A stretch of 64,000 nt of DNA from Monocercomonoides exilis PA203 (Eukaryota; Protista; Preaxostyla). Under the pieces are notes generated by a model, which did no database searches, was not told where the DNA came from, and saw only the letters and a program-made list of their open reading frames with translations. The DNA lies in assembly GCA_001643675.2 (NCBI GenBank), contig LSRY02000034.1:310001-374000 (forward strand). Reading direction: 5' to 3'. Below are positions 52,380 through 64,000 of this stretch, piece after piece. Each line of letters begins with the position of its first letter. Positions within the stretch are counted from its first letter, which is position 1. A program made the position numbers and the translations under genes.

Positions 52380-53883
52380 GTTTTTGAAAAAATACTCACA
52401 AATTTCGAATAAACAAAATTTTCAAACATGTCAAAAACAAGAAAATGTTATGGGACCGATCAAAAGAAAAATGGAAACAAGTTTAAAAACACTTTTTCGA
52501 CAAATAATGCTAATTTTGAATACATTGATATTCCATTTTGTTTCGTTATAAACATACAAAATAATTTTTATCGATTGTCCACATCCTTGGAACTTGCGGT
52601 TAGATGCTGCAAAAAGATCAGAAATGGGAGAGTACAGCAAATGGAACATTATATAATGGAAACAGAATGAAGAGAACATGAAATAAAGTGTGGGAGTTGG
52701 AGACACACTTATCCTGTCGAAATAAAAATATAACGAAGATTGCAAATTTTTCGACGGAAGTTAAGATGATGAGTTGGACTAGACAGAAACAAAAGATGTT
52801 TGAAGGGATAGATTTTCACACTAGATTTGAGATATTTCAACTGGCATGAAAGAGGAAACAGATTATTGAACGATTTTGTTTTGAAATGGGATACTCAAAA
52901 ACGACTTAGCAATTATCTCGCTTGGAGAAAGCTTTGTTATTTCTTTGTCGATTTCGCTTGTTTCTCTTTCAAAATGATATGAACAGATGAATGATTTATC
53001 GATACACAACCAGACTTCATTGGTTCTTTGTACTCCTCAAAATGCAATTTGTTCCAGAAAAGTATTCATTCTCGTAATATTTGTCTCATCTGTAGTGTTG
53101 AGAGCAGCAAGAGTTGTGCAAGTATTTGAAGTTCAAAGAGTGGATGACAAAGAGTGGAATGAGAAAGCTCATGCAAACGAATAGAGCTCTTTTTAAGAAA
53201 GCGATGACAACAAAAGAGTGTCGTAGCATCACACAAATGAAGACTCAAAAATTAGTTTAAATAGAGGCAAAAACCAAAGAAGAAAAGAGATGATTTTGAA
53301 ATGATGATGAAAAAAATATGATAATCAACATTATTTTTCAGATTCATGAAAAGGATTTGACTCAAAAAAGACTAATCAGAAATCGGAACATTGACAACCA
53401 AGAAGATGCGGAAGAAAATGTTGCTTTAATTTCATTATTTGTTCAATTTCTGCCTTCTGTATCTCATCTTCCACAAGTTGAATTATTAAAAAGTTTTTGT
53501 TCAATCAGAACATAAAGAAAAATCTTGAAATGAAATCTAAACAGAGATAAGGAAGTATTGACAAATACATATCTGCAAAAGTGATCAATTTCTTTTTCAT
53601 ATTATGTTTTCAGATGATTGTGGGATTTGTGTCTTTTCTTATAATTAAATTTCTCTATTTTCATTTCTTTTTTGTTGCTTCATTCATTTTCGTTGATGTT
53701 AAGTTCAAAAAATAAATTCCAAAAAAGAATAACCTATAACGATTCATTGTCGAACAAAGTTCAAAATTCATGGAATTTCGATCAAAATCACTCAAACTTC
53801 GTTCATTTCGAAATCGATAGAAAAAGAATATAAAGCTTAAGAACAATTCCAAAAATAATTGTTAAAGACAAAACATGTGTGAA
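52380..53883. repeat. 1,504 bp segment, inverted copy of 28438-29941
   Basis: Reverse complement of the 28.4-29.9 kb copy. Confidence 0.97.
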
Positions 53884-54185
53884 AATTTGGGACAAAATAT
53901 TTTTCTTCAGGCTTTTTTATTGAAAAATTATGCAATTTAAATGAACTTTTTGTGATATTCATATTTGAAAAAAATTTGTTTATTTTTGAAATAGAAGTGA
54001 GATTACAAAACATTTTGCTGTTATATCAATGGTAGTACACAGATATGATAATCTTGTTTATTTTGAAATCAGAAAATGTTTAATAATGTTTTTAGTAAAA
54101 CAATTTATTCATGCTTTGTGAAAAAAAAGCTTGGGTTTAATTGAACTACATCGGAACCATTTAATCAAGCCCATAAAATATACTA

Positions 54186-55030
54186 TGAGGATATCAATTA
54201 CAAAAAAAATTTTTGGATGATTCTAAAATATGGGTTTTTGCTATTCAAAAACATATTTTTTCAACTGAAATGGAATGTCCCTGCTGCAAAAGAAGAACGA
54301 CGATTCAAACAGATTCAGCTAATACAAGAAGGTTTCAGATGCAAAAGGTGAAAAGTATCACAAAATTTGAGAAAAGGAACAATATTTGAATATTTGAAGT
54401 CACGTATTTCTGTTTGTTTCTTGCTAATTTTGTTCTGGCACTGTGGTTTGAATCAACTTCAGACAATGACATTAACGGGAATAATTTATCATTCAATTGT
54501 TGAATGGAATCGAATGATCAGACGATCAACAGAAATCTATTTGAAAAATCATCCATTCATGATGGGTGGAGAGGGAAAGATTGTTGAAATAGACGAAGCC
54601 ATATGGAGACGGAGGAAGTATTGAAGAGGTCGAAGATAAAAGCTAATTTGGATGCTTGGTATTGTGGAAAGAGACACAAAGAAAGAAGGAAAGTTGAATG
54701 CATTCGTTATTAATTGAAGATCAGGGAAAGTGTTAATTCCTTTAATCAAAGAATGCGTGTTTCCTGGAACAAAAGTTCATACGGATGAATGGAAAGGATA
54801 TAAGAGCCTTCGAAAAGAATGTGACGATCATTATGCTGTGAATCATTCAAAAGAGCATAAAAACGAAGAAAATGATGCATGCACTTATTTAATTGAAGGC
54901 ACATGGTCAAGACTCAGGAGATACATGCCTGTTCTTGGTGGGCGTATTGGATGCTTGGAGGAGTACTTAGCGGCTTTAATATTTCAAAAGATTCAGAATT
55001 AGTCTTTTGAAGAACTGCCAAATGCTATCA
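54186..55030 (+). mobile_element. Merlin / IS1595-like transposase pseudogene
   Basis: MECPCC, GGEGKIVEIDEAIWRRRKY*RGR, WMLGIVER, VHTDEWKGY, VNHSKE, TYLIEGTWSRLRR. Contains stops and a frameshift. Confidence 0.88.
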
Positions 55031-55532
55031 AAGAGAATTCTAATGAAAAATACGTGAATGCCGTTGAACAGCTGAACAACGATGAAGAATCAGAATTAGA
55101 TGATGAAGAGGAAAAAGATTAATTGTCTGAATCGGATCATCAATTTGAAGATGATTCCTCAAGTTTGGGAGTCGGTGATGGAAAAGATGCCAGCGATCAC
55201 CAGCCAGAAAAAAGAACATGTCATTTTTTTGAACATTAAATAAAATATGATTACATAATTTTCTCATTATTTTTGACTTTTGGTTATGAAATTGTCATTC
55301 AAAAATATAATAATAAGGTTTTGTTTTATATATTCTTTTTATTTTCTAAAAAAGTGGTTTAATTCTTGGGTTTGCACTCAAATCAACTTGATATGGTTAT
55401 GTTACATTCCACGGTTTTGTCACAAATCTTCTCTTTAGGGTTTTGATCAGTAATTGTTGATTTTTCTTTGATTTATTTATTTTTTAGTGTAAGGGTTTGA
55501 AATAAAAGTCTAATTTGTGCCAGAACTTTTTG

Positions 55533-57202
55533 CAATCGGTGTCGAAACCCGAGCCGTTTTGATCAAAAGTTTCAATGTTATTTTTTTTTTAAAAAAGCAT
55601 TTTTTTTTCTCTATTCCAGAAAGAATACAACTGTCTTTCATTTAATAATGAACAAAAATAATATGAAGCTTGTTAGCAATTATCTTCTATCAACAGAAAA
55701 TAAAAAATAACGTGTTAAATCAAATATATCAGTTAAAAAAACATATTTATGGAATTAAATCAGTTATATCATCAGAGGATCAATAAATTGCTCCGAATGA
55801 TGTTCCTTCTGGTGCTTTCTGAGGTTCTATTTCTTTCACATCACATTCCGGAGGGTTTTCTGGTAGTCTTTCGAGAAGTTCTGTTTTGTCCACAGGCCAC
55901 ATGCCACACACTTTCCATGAAAATTCTATTGTTTCGTGGTAGCTGGAAACAGATAATCCGTTTCTGAAAACTGATTCAATTTCATCTCTTTTTTGTGAAG
56001 CTGTTGTTGTTTTCCCGCAGTTTATTGATTCAGAGAATATTCTTTTCATATGAGAGAAGATAAATTGGTCATTCAACTGATGAAGATGGGATGTGTGCGA
56101 AGGTAGTCGAATTAGATCAATTAAATTGTCTCTGCAAATATTTCTGATTTCTTCTTGGAAATGACCCACTCCTCCATCCATGATTAAAGCAGCGTGCGCA
56201 AACTCCATTCCAATCGCTTTTCTTTTTTTCACAATTTCCATGATGAAACATTTCTTTTACAAATCCAAAAACAAAGCAGATGCAATGTGTCCATTTGTTG
56301 AAGGGATGAACACTTCTTGAGACGTTGTTGCGAGTAGATATTCATGTGGGATTGTTGTGAAGTGTGTAATAATGGGTGTTAGGTATCGACAACCATCTGC
56401 GCTTGTCATAAAGACAAAAGTTGTCGATGTTGGAAGCGAAGCTTCAGGTGTAAATGTGGAAGGTGTTGTGGAAGATGTTGCTTCATAATTGTCGCACTGG
56501 TAAAAAAAAATTGTCGAAGTTTTGTCAATATAAAAAATTAATTGTGGAATTAATATCACATCATTGTGCGTTTTTTCATAATTTTCAAAAAAAGGTAATA
56601 ACAAATATATACATGAATGAGCTATTCTTCCAATAGGCAAAGACGTTGGTTTCTGTAATATGATTTTTGGATGCCTTTTCAAAAATCGATCTATCCAATG
56701 TTTGTCAACGACCTTTATGTCCTCTCTTTCTTTCCGTTTTTTTGATTGATGTTCATATGCCTTATTTCCAAATAACAATAAAACAGACGCAAAAAAAGCG
56801 AAAAACAAACCATTTGAGTAATATACGCTTTCGTTGGATATTTTCCATTCCTAATATCTTCTAGAATTTGATTTTCAAAGTCTGCTTATTCGCATTTATT
56901 AAACAATGTTAACTTTCAGCATTTTCTAATTTCTCTTCCACTTGTTCTCGCTTTCAAAGCCCGTTGGAATGAACTTCGATTAAGGATTCCGCATTTGTCA
57001 ATTTGTCGTTCCGAATATTCCAAGATTTCATGGGAGGAAAGTGCTTTTTCATATGCATCACCTAATGAACGGAATTCATCGGTTGCCGCAATCCTTATGG
57101 GTAAAGGATTTATCTTTAACATTTTGATCAAAATATTTAATTTGATTTTTTCGATCAAAGTGGCTTGGGTTTGCTCCCCGGCTCGGGTTTCAACCCCGAC
57201 TA
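55533..57202 (-). mobile_element. pogo-type DD35D transposon with 24 bp TIRs, decayed
   Basis: TIRs CAATCGGTGTCGAAACCCGAGCCG (55533-55556) and CGGCTCGGGTTTCAACCCCGACTA (57179-57202), followed by TA. WIDRFLKRHP (CENP-B HTH), IFYIDKT, LIMDG-(35 aa)-QLND. Phase-0 intron 56810-56761; in-frame TAA at 56257. Confidence 0.9.
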
Positions 57203-57225
57203 TACGGTTGTTCCCCAAGTCCTAC

Positions 57226-57281
57226 GGTCCGAATCTTCGACCTTATTGCTAAATGTCCCAGGTTCGAAACCTGTTGGACCT
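57226..57281 (+). ncRNA. tRNA-like fragment (T-arm/B box, acceptor-like stem, followed by poly-T)
   Basis: CAGG-TTCGAAA-CCTG T-arm; GGTCCGA/TTGGACC pairing; T-run from 57283. No canonical D arm or anticodon arm. Confidence 0.35.
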
Positions 57282-57600
57282 ATTTTTTTTTTTTTTTTTA
57301 TTTTTTTTTTTTTTTTTTTTTTTAATTTTTTTAATTTTTATTTTCTTTTTTGGTACATATATTGTTCAATCTTACCAAAGCTTCAAAGTGCATAATTTTT
57401 TGCATTTGTGATAATAAAATAATTTCATAATAATATATATAATAATTTCCTGTTAAAAATGAATATTCTTTTTAACAATTCAAAAATCTAAATAATTATA
57501 ATTATAATTATAATTATAATTATTATAATAATAAAAACAAAAAAATTTTACTCAAATATGTATTATCTGAACGTTGTTTTTCTTGATTAAAATGTTTTTC

Positions 57601-57860
57601 ATATGTGTGATTATTTTTGAAAACATATTTTCCTATCAAAATTTTTGATTCAAATAACTGCCTTGAATTTAAGAAAATGAACACTGAAAAGTGAACAGGC
57701 TTATTCAAGAGATCATCGTCTTTATTTCATCAAAATCATTTGTTTTTGAACCAGTCGTGATGAATTCAGCATTTGTATCAAAAATCTCTTCCCAATGAAA
57801 AACAACCTTGAAAAATCAAGACACCGAAATAAGTTTTATTTTTAAAAATCATCATTCTCA
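57601..57860 (+). mobile_element. MITE copy, degenerate
   Basis: ATATGTGTGATTATTTTTGAAAACATA, internal CCTTGAAT..AATGAACACTGAAAAGTGAA, right end CACCGAAATAAG. Confidence 0.65.
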
Positions 57861-57934
57861 TTTTCACGAAAAACCTGTAAATATGAGGGAGATTTCTTGT
57901 TCATGTAACTTCAATGATAAACTGGTTTGAAATT

Positions 57935-58196
57935 CAAGCTATTATTACTATGATCACATTTTTTGAAACAAAGATTTCTGTTCAAAAAATTCTCTTGAAT
58001 ATTAACCAATGATTATTGAACTGTGAAAGGCTTTTAAAAGACATTTTTAATTTTTATTCCTTTTGATCATTTGATTTCAAAAACAATTATCAAAGTTTTT
58101 CTCTTTTGTATCAGAAATTTCTTTCAAAATACATACAATCTATGAAAAATTAACACCCTGAAAAAAGATATGATTCCAGGAAAAATTACCCATATA
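57935..58196 (+). mobile_element. MITE copy, degenerate
   Basis: Internal CTCTTGAATATTAACCAATGA; right end CACCCTGAAAAAAGATATGATTCCAGGAAAAATTACCCATATA. Confidence 0.65.
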
Positions 58197-58337
58197 CGGA
58201 GCAAATCCTGCAAAAACATTTATGAATTTTTTGTAATTTTTAAAAAATGTTAATAAACATTACGAACCAATGAATTCAAATTTTTAAAAAAACGAAAAAA
58301 AAAATCAAGAATTACAAGAAATGGTGAAAAATCTTCT

Positions 58338-59747
58338 TTGCATCATTCATCCGACAAAATAAATTCAAAATTGAAAAGAGCATCCGAAGAATTAAACGAA
58401 ATTATCGAAGAAAAATCAAAGGAAATTCCTCCTGCTGAAGAACACATTCCTGAGACCGAACAAGCTGAACAGTTACCGTTGCTACAATGCGAGACAAATA
58501 TGGCAAAAAGAAAAAGAGGACGACCTAAAAAGATTATTGAAATAAAGGAAGAAAAGAAAAAAAGGAAACAATATGTTCAACTATCCGAAAACGTTCGAGA
58601 ATTGTTAAAAAAGGATTACAGAGATGGAAAAACTTTGGAAGATCTATCAAGGAAATACAATATTAGCATTTCTACAGCTTCAGTTATCGCACGAGAAGAA
58701 AAGCCGCCAAAGCCACGAGGAGGAAAGGTTTACGAAAAGATTACAAATGAGGCATCAAATAAAATGGCTGAAATAATCCTGAGGAATCCTACAGTTACTT
58801 CCAAAGAATTAGCAGATTCAGTGGGTGGTTTGTGCAAATCAAAGCCAACTGATACTACAATTTGTCACAATTTGAAATCGGATTAAATGATTGATCATGG
58901 ATGCCCTGTTTTCTCTGTGAAAAGGTTACGGAAATACTAAAATGCAAGAGCTGATGAGAAAACATTAAATCAAAGAAAAGAATATGTCAGAAAATACATA
59001 CATCATCAAATGGAAGGAAGAACGTTCGTTCACATTGATGAGACTGGATTCAATACCTTGGAACTGAGAACAGAAGGTCGCTCTCCTGTTGGAAAACGAT
59101 GTATTCAATACAGAGAAAAAGCTAAAATAGAAACAGTCACCGCAATTACAGCTATCAGTGAGCTATCTGGAATTGAGCATGTTACATTTGTGGAAGGAAG
59201 TGTTAATGATCAATGCTTTCGAGTGTTTTTATTGTCATTAATGAAGAAACTTCAATCACATGGAAAAGAATCATTCCTATTGGTTATGGATAATGTGGGG
59301 CTGCATAAAACAGAGGCAGTGATTAATCTGATCACTTCAAAGAACTACGGCATCTTATACACTGCACCAAATAGTTGCGAATTAAATCCTATTGAATATG
59401 TGTTTGGGATGTGGAAAGCTCGACTGAAGATCCCTTCCACTATAAAAAATAGCAAGAAATTAATAGAGCATCTGAATAAATCGTTGGAAGATATCACTCG
59501 GATGAACGTTTAAAAATGCATCAACATGGTGCAATTCAATTAACTTCCTTTAGCACAGCAAGGGAAAGATCTCAGTGATTCGTACAAAAGTTCTCAAGCG
59601 AAGTGGAAAGAATTGCACATTGAAGAAATAGCGCCTGAAAGTGAAGATGTACAAATAGTGCTATGTTCCTCTGCTTCCACTTTTGCTTCAGCTTCTTCTT
59701 TATTTGTTATTTCTTCGAGATTTTATTGGCAATTTCATGAAAATTAA
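58338..59747 (+). mobile_element. Tc1/IS630-type DD34E transposase pseudogene with AT-hook and HTH
   Basis: KRKRGRPKK AT-hook, HTH (GKTLEDLSRKYNISISTAS), VHIDETGF, LVMDN-(34 aa)-ELNPIE. Single frame with TAA at 58884, 58938, 59511 and 59541. Confidence 0.9.
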
Positions 59748-60397
59748 TATCCAAATTCATTGCAAGCATAAGAATCATTTTCTCTGTTGATCTAAATTCC
59801 AGAAACAAACTCTTTTCATCAATCATCACAAGATCTCAAAAATGAATATAATTTTCTATTTTATCAATTGAAAAAATATATCAACTTTTTCAAAATAGGT
59901 TTGTCTTTAATATTGTTTTCTAACCAGAACCTGATTTGAAAATGCAAATGTTTGTTTTCCATTTCAATTTTTATTTTCAACATCACAATTTGAAAGATAA
60001 AAAAATAATTAAATAAAATTTTAAATCACAAATAATCATTAATTTCAAAATTCATAATAAAATGGAAAAACATGAAATAATTATTATTCCATCAATTTGT
60101 GTTGTTATCTTTGAAATAAAACTGATATTTGAATAGTTGAAAATTATCAATTTTTTTTTTAGTTTTTCCACTCTTTTTGAGGCATTTTTTTTTATTTTTT
60201 TATTAGTCACTTAAGCTATTGTTTGAGATATTATAAACATTAAGTTTTCATAACACTTCAATGTCAAAATTCAAAGTTCATAAACAAATACACAAAACAA
60301 AAAATCAAAATATAATATAAATCTTCAATGTTCTTTTTTCGTGTGTGTAATTATATAATAAATCAAATTTTTTAATCATAATTTTCGGTTCAAATAA

Positions 60398-60650
60398 GGA
60401 TGACTATTTTTGAATACATATTTTTTCTTTAAAAATTTTCTATTAAAAATTATCCCCTGAATATTAACAAAAGAACATAGAAAAATGAAAAGGCTTATCA
60501 GAGTCATTTACATCCTTATTTGTGAAAAACATTTTTTAAATATAACTTATGAAATGTATTTATTATTTGAATTAAAAACATATTCTTAAAGAAAAAAATT
60601 GTTTAAAATATCTTCACCAAAAAAAAGTTTCGATTTCAAAATAAATCACC
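60398..60650 (+). mobile_element. MITE copy, degenerate
   Basis: GGATGACTATTTTTGAATACATA...CCCCTGAATATTAACAAAAGAACA...GATTTCAAAATAAATCACC. Confidence 0.65.
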
Positions 60651-63600
60651 AAAATTTAAATAAAAAATTGAATTAGTGTTTTTTAAACGAATAAACTAAA
60701 AGTTTGTGAAAGATAATCACCAAATTAACAAATGTTTTTTTTTTTCAAAATCAAAAAGGAAATGGACTATGAAGGAAGATGAAAAACTAAGGTGACAAAT
60801 CACAAATGGATCTTCATTCAAGGAAGCAAGTTAATCTCTTGATAGGAGATTTGACAATTGCTATTGATACAGAATCAGAAACATACAAAAAAACAGAAAA
60901 ATCCCAATTAAAAAATGACGTTCACAAAATATGAAAAATTCAAATCATAACATCACGATTTCACACAATCGAATAAATTTGGTTAATGTTCACTCCAGAT
61001 TTTTTTATTTCAATTCACTCATAAGCTGTTTTGGCTTAATCGCCTTTCTACACGTCACATGTTTTTTTGTGTGCAATATCACCTTTTCATTTGAAATTTT
61101 AATTGTCTTTAAGTTTTAGTAGTTTTTCACATTCACAACGAATTTTATTTTGATAGATATAAATATTAATAATAAATTTGAAAATTTTCTTTTCATGGGC
61201 ATGAGTTTTTTTAAAAAATAATTATTATGTCTGGGCAAAAAATTTTTTCGATATCACCATAAATAGTTAATCTTTCCGTTTTCAGCATTTCGGGTCTTAA
61301 AAATTTCACCATGTTTTCCGATAAGCAAAAAAACTGATGGTTGTTGAACTTTTGTGATTTCCATATATTCATACTTTTATTATAACATACATGAATTTTG
61401 TGAAAAACTGTTTCTTATTCGTTGAGAATTTGAACGTTTATTAATGATGAAATAAAGTGATTCGAATATGAAGATTTATTTATAAAGATATCAATTAATA
61501 ACAATTTGAAACATTTTTGTAACATGATTTTTACTCAATAGAAAAAAACAATTGATATGTGTATTGTTTTGTAATAATAAGTTTGGATTCGGAGAATATG
61601 AAAAACCATATTTGATAGGAGTCGTTCATATATGGATTTTGATGACAACGATTTTCAAAAATTTCAGATGTCACAAATCGTTTTTATATGTTTTGGAAAA
61701 TTTCTTAATTCAAATAACATTTGATATATATGTTTAAACAATTAGTGAAGCCTGAATCACAATTCAAAAAGAATTGAAGCAATATGAACAGTATGACATT
61801 GGAGTTAATCATTATTTATTAACTATTATTAATTTCATAAAAATGTTATTTGAAAATTTCGAAAAAAAATATCAATCAAATTTTTCTGATTTTTTTACTG
61901 GAAAGATTTTGTGATCTCCCCTTAATATTCACCAAAAGCAAAGGAGATATTTTGAGCTATCTCCTTCCGCTTTGCATATTCATCATTATTTTTTGCTGCA
62001 GACAGTGCTTGCACGCGTGCACTGTGGTTGGTTTGTTTCGTTTTTTATCTTTATGCATTTTTTTAACATTAAATTTTTCATCGAAAATTTCAGGTTTTTG
62101 TTGTGTAGTTAAATTCACAAAGCTAAGTTTGACATGATGAAGACAAAGAAAAGCAAATAACAATACGATAACGCTGTTTGAAAGAAAGAGAATTGCTGTA
62201 TATAGTGAAAAATGAGAGATTAATGAGAGAAAAAATTTTTCCAAATGTTACAAAGTCAACAGCACTCTGGCAAAATTTTGATTTTTTTATACTTCATAAA
62301 AGCGACAATTTGACGTGAAGATCAAGATGTGTGATTTTTTGGTTATAGAATTTTTTAACTTTTTTTTTTAATTTCAGTTTTCTTCCGTTCTGGAATAAAT
62401 TTTTTGTTGATATCGAAACAAAACAATTTATAGACAATAGATCCGTTGACATATGTATGTTTTTTTTGATTCTTTTCATGATTGATTTGAAAATCGTTGA
62501 ATCTTATTCTCACAAGAAAAATCTTTTTATTCAGAATAACATTCACATAGCCTTTCAAATTTTTATATTATTTTTATCAATTACAGCAATTGAAATCATG
62601 CTTGTGAAAATGTGAGAAGAAAAACTTTTTTCTTGTGAACGAAATTGATCCTTGAAAGTGCTTATTTTCTCATGTGAGTTATTCATGAAGGATATTACAA
62701 GAAAGGCTGTGTCTCACAAATCCAGAGAAGGAGAAAGGATAAGGAAAGACAGTTCAGAACCCCATGCTTTTGGCAGTTGTGCCTTTTCCAGCCTATAAAT
62801 GAAACTGGATAAACCATAAAAATACATATTCAAAGTTAAGCTTTCTTATAATATATTTTTATGCATTGTTCAACTTTTGTATTTTGTATATGATCACAAC
62901 TGTCATTTGAAGAAATTAGTTTGAATCTCAAACGAAATCTGTTGTTGTGAATTTTGGTAGAAAAAAATCCAGAAGGAAAAAAAAAAAGCATATCAACAAA
63001 GTGAATGAATGTAAACAAATATCACAATGTCAGAACAAATAAATTTCAGTTCAAGTGAAGAAAAAGAGAAAATAAAGATGAAGGTTTATACTGTCTTTTT
63101 CATTTGTTTGTAATAATTTTTTTTGATATTCTTAAATTTCGAACATAGCAAACAAGCCATTTTCACGGGAAATTTCTTCAGAAAATGATACAGATACCAT
63201 TCCTGGGATTGGGAGTGATATTCGTTTTTCTAATTATTTTATATGAAAATGAATTTTTCAAAATCAAAACTTTCCTAACATTGAATTAAAAACAAAAAGG
63301 TTGAAAGTTTACACGGTTTGGATGGATTCATAAGGAGAGAAGAAGTTTGTAAATGTTTGATGAATCTTCTTCCAGAACTCTTCCTTCCTTTGAAAAATCA
63401 CATACCAAAAAGAAATGAATTTCAACTGAAGAATATTTTCACATCTCAAAGAATTAACTGCCTTTCAATATCAAAACGAACGAGTGTATTCGAGAAAAGT
63501 CTTTATTCCGTTTTAACACCAAAAATCATTGGAAAATATGATTCGACTTTTTTGAAAAAAAAAGAAATCCAAAGATAAAATGAAAAAGTGAATAATATAA

Positions 63601-63870
63601 TAGGAAAAAGGAAAGAAACAAATAATGGAAGATAACACTTCAATCTCAAATTCAGAAAACTCTGACATTTTGAATGAAAGCGATGAGAGAAGTAATGATA
63701 TTCCCGAAGAAGAAGAAACAGACAATGAATATGATGAGGAGTTGAAAGATTATGATGAAAAAGTGGTAAAAAAAAACCTCGAAAATATCTGTGTTCCAAA
63801 AGAAATGCAAAAAGAAAATGACAGTTTTGTATATTTATTAATTGAAAATATAAAAGCATCCAATGATTTA

Positions 63871-64000
63871 TATGGGTGATTTTTTTTGAAATCATAACTT
63901 TTTTCGGGGTGTTGATTTTATAGAAATTTCATTGTTATTTGCTTAATAATTTCAAATAAATTTTGAATGTTTTCATATCGTTTCAAAAGCCAAAATATGA
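63871..64000 (-). mobile_element. MITE copy (reverse), cut by the window edge
   Basis: TATGGGTGATTTTTTTTGAAATCATAACTTTTTTCGGGGTGTTGATT. Confidence 0.8.

Noticed and set aside
28438-53883. Polinton/Maverick or endogenous virus
   Set aside because: No polB, integrase, ATPase or capsid motifs recognised between the repeats; no 6 bp TSD.
62690-62830. Possible OTU-like WGSEL motif on the minus strand
   Set aside because: Too short and decayed; no Cys or His motifs confirmed.

Overview
Eukaryotic, AT-rich, transposon-dense DNA. The Ser/Glu low-complexity coding style, short GT-AG introns and fragments of a large beta-helix-like protein family suggest an oxymonad (Monocercomonoides-like) protist; this is an inference, not a database match. 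Only one long intact ORF is present: 3899-9586, a very divergent retinoblastoma-like pocket protein that seems to lack its 5' part. The rest is mostly decayed DNA transposons: four pogo-type (two near complete with DD35D spacing, sharing one intron site), three Merlin/IS1595-like, one Tc1-type DD34E, and about 10 copies of a ~260 bp MITE. Other structures are a 0.9 kb nested palindrome, a 4.36 kb (GAAGGT)n array, and a near-identical 1,504 bp inverted duplication 22 kb apart. The most novel object is at 35.1-40.1 kb on the minus strand. There a ubiquitin-specific-protease (USP) domain lies inside a Sola2-like DDD transposase, and its Zn-ribbon part is in the same reading frame as the catalytic core. 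This copy carries nonsense mutations. All family calls come from motif recognition by eye.
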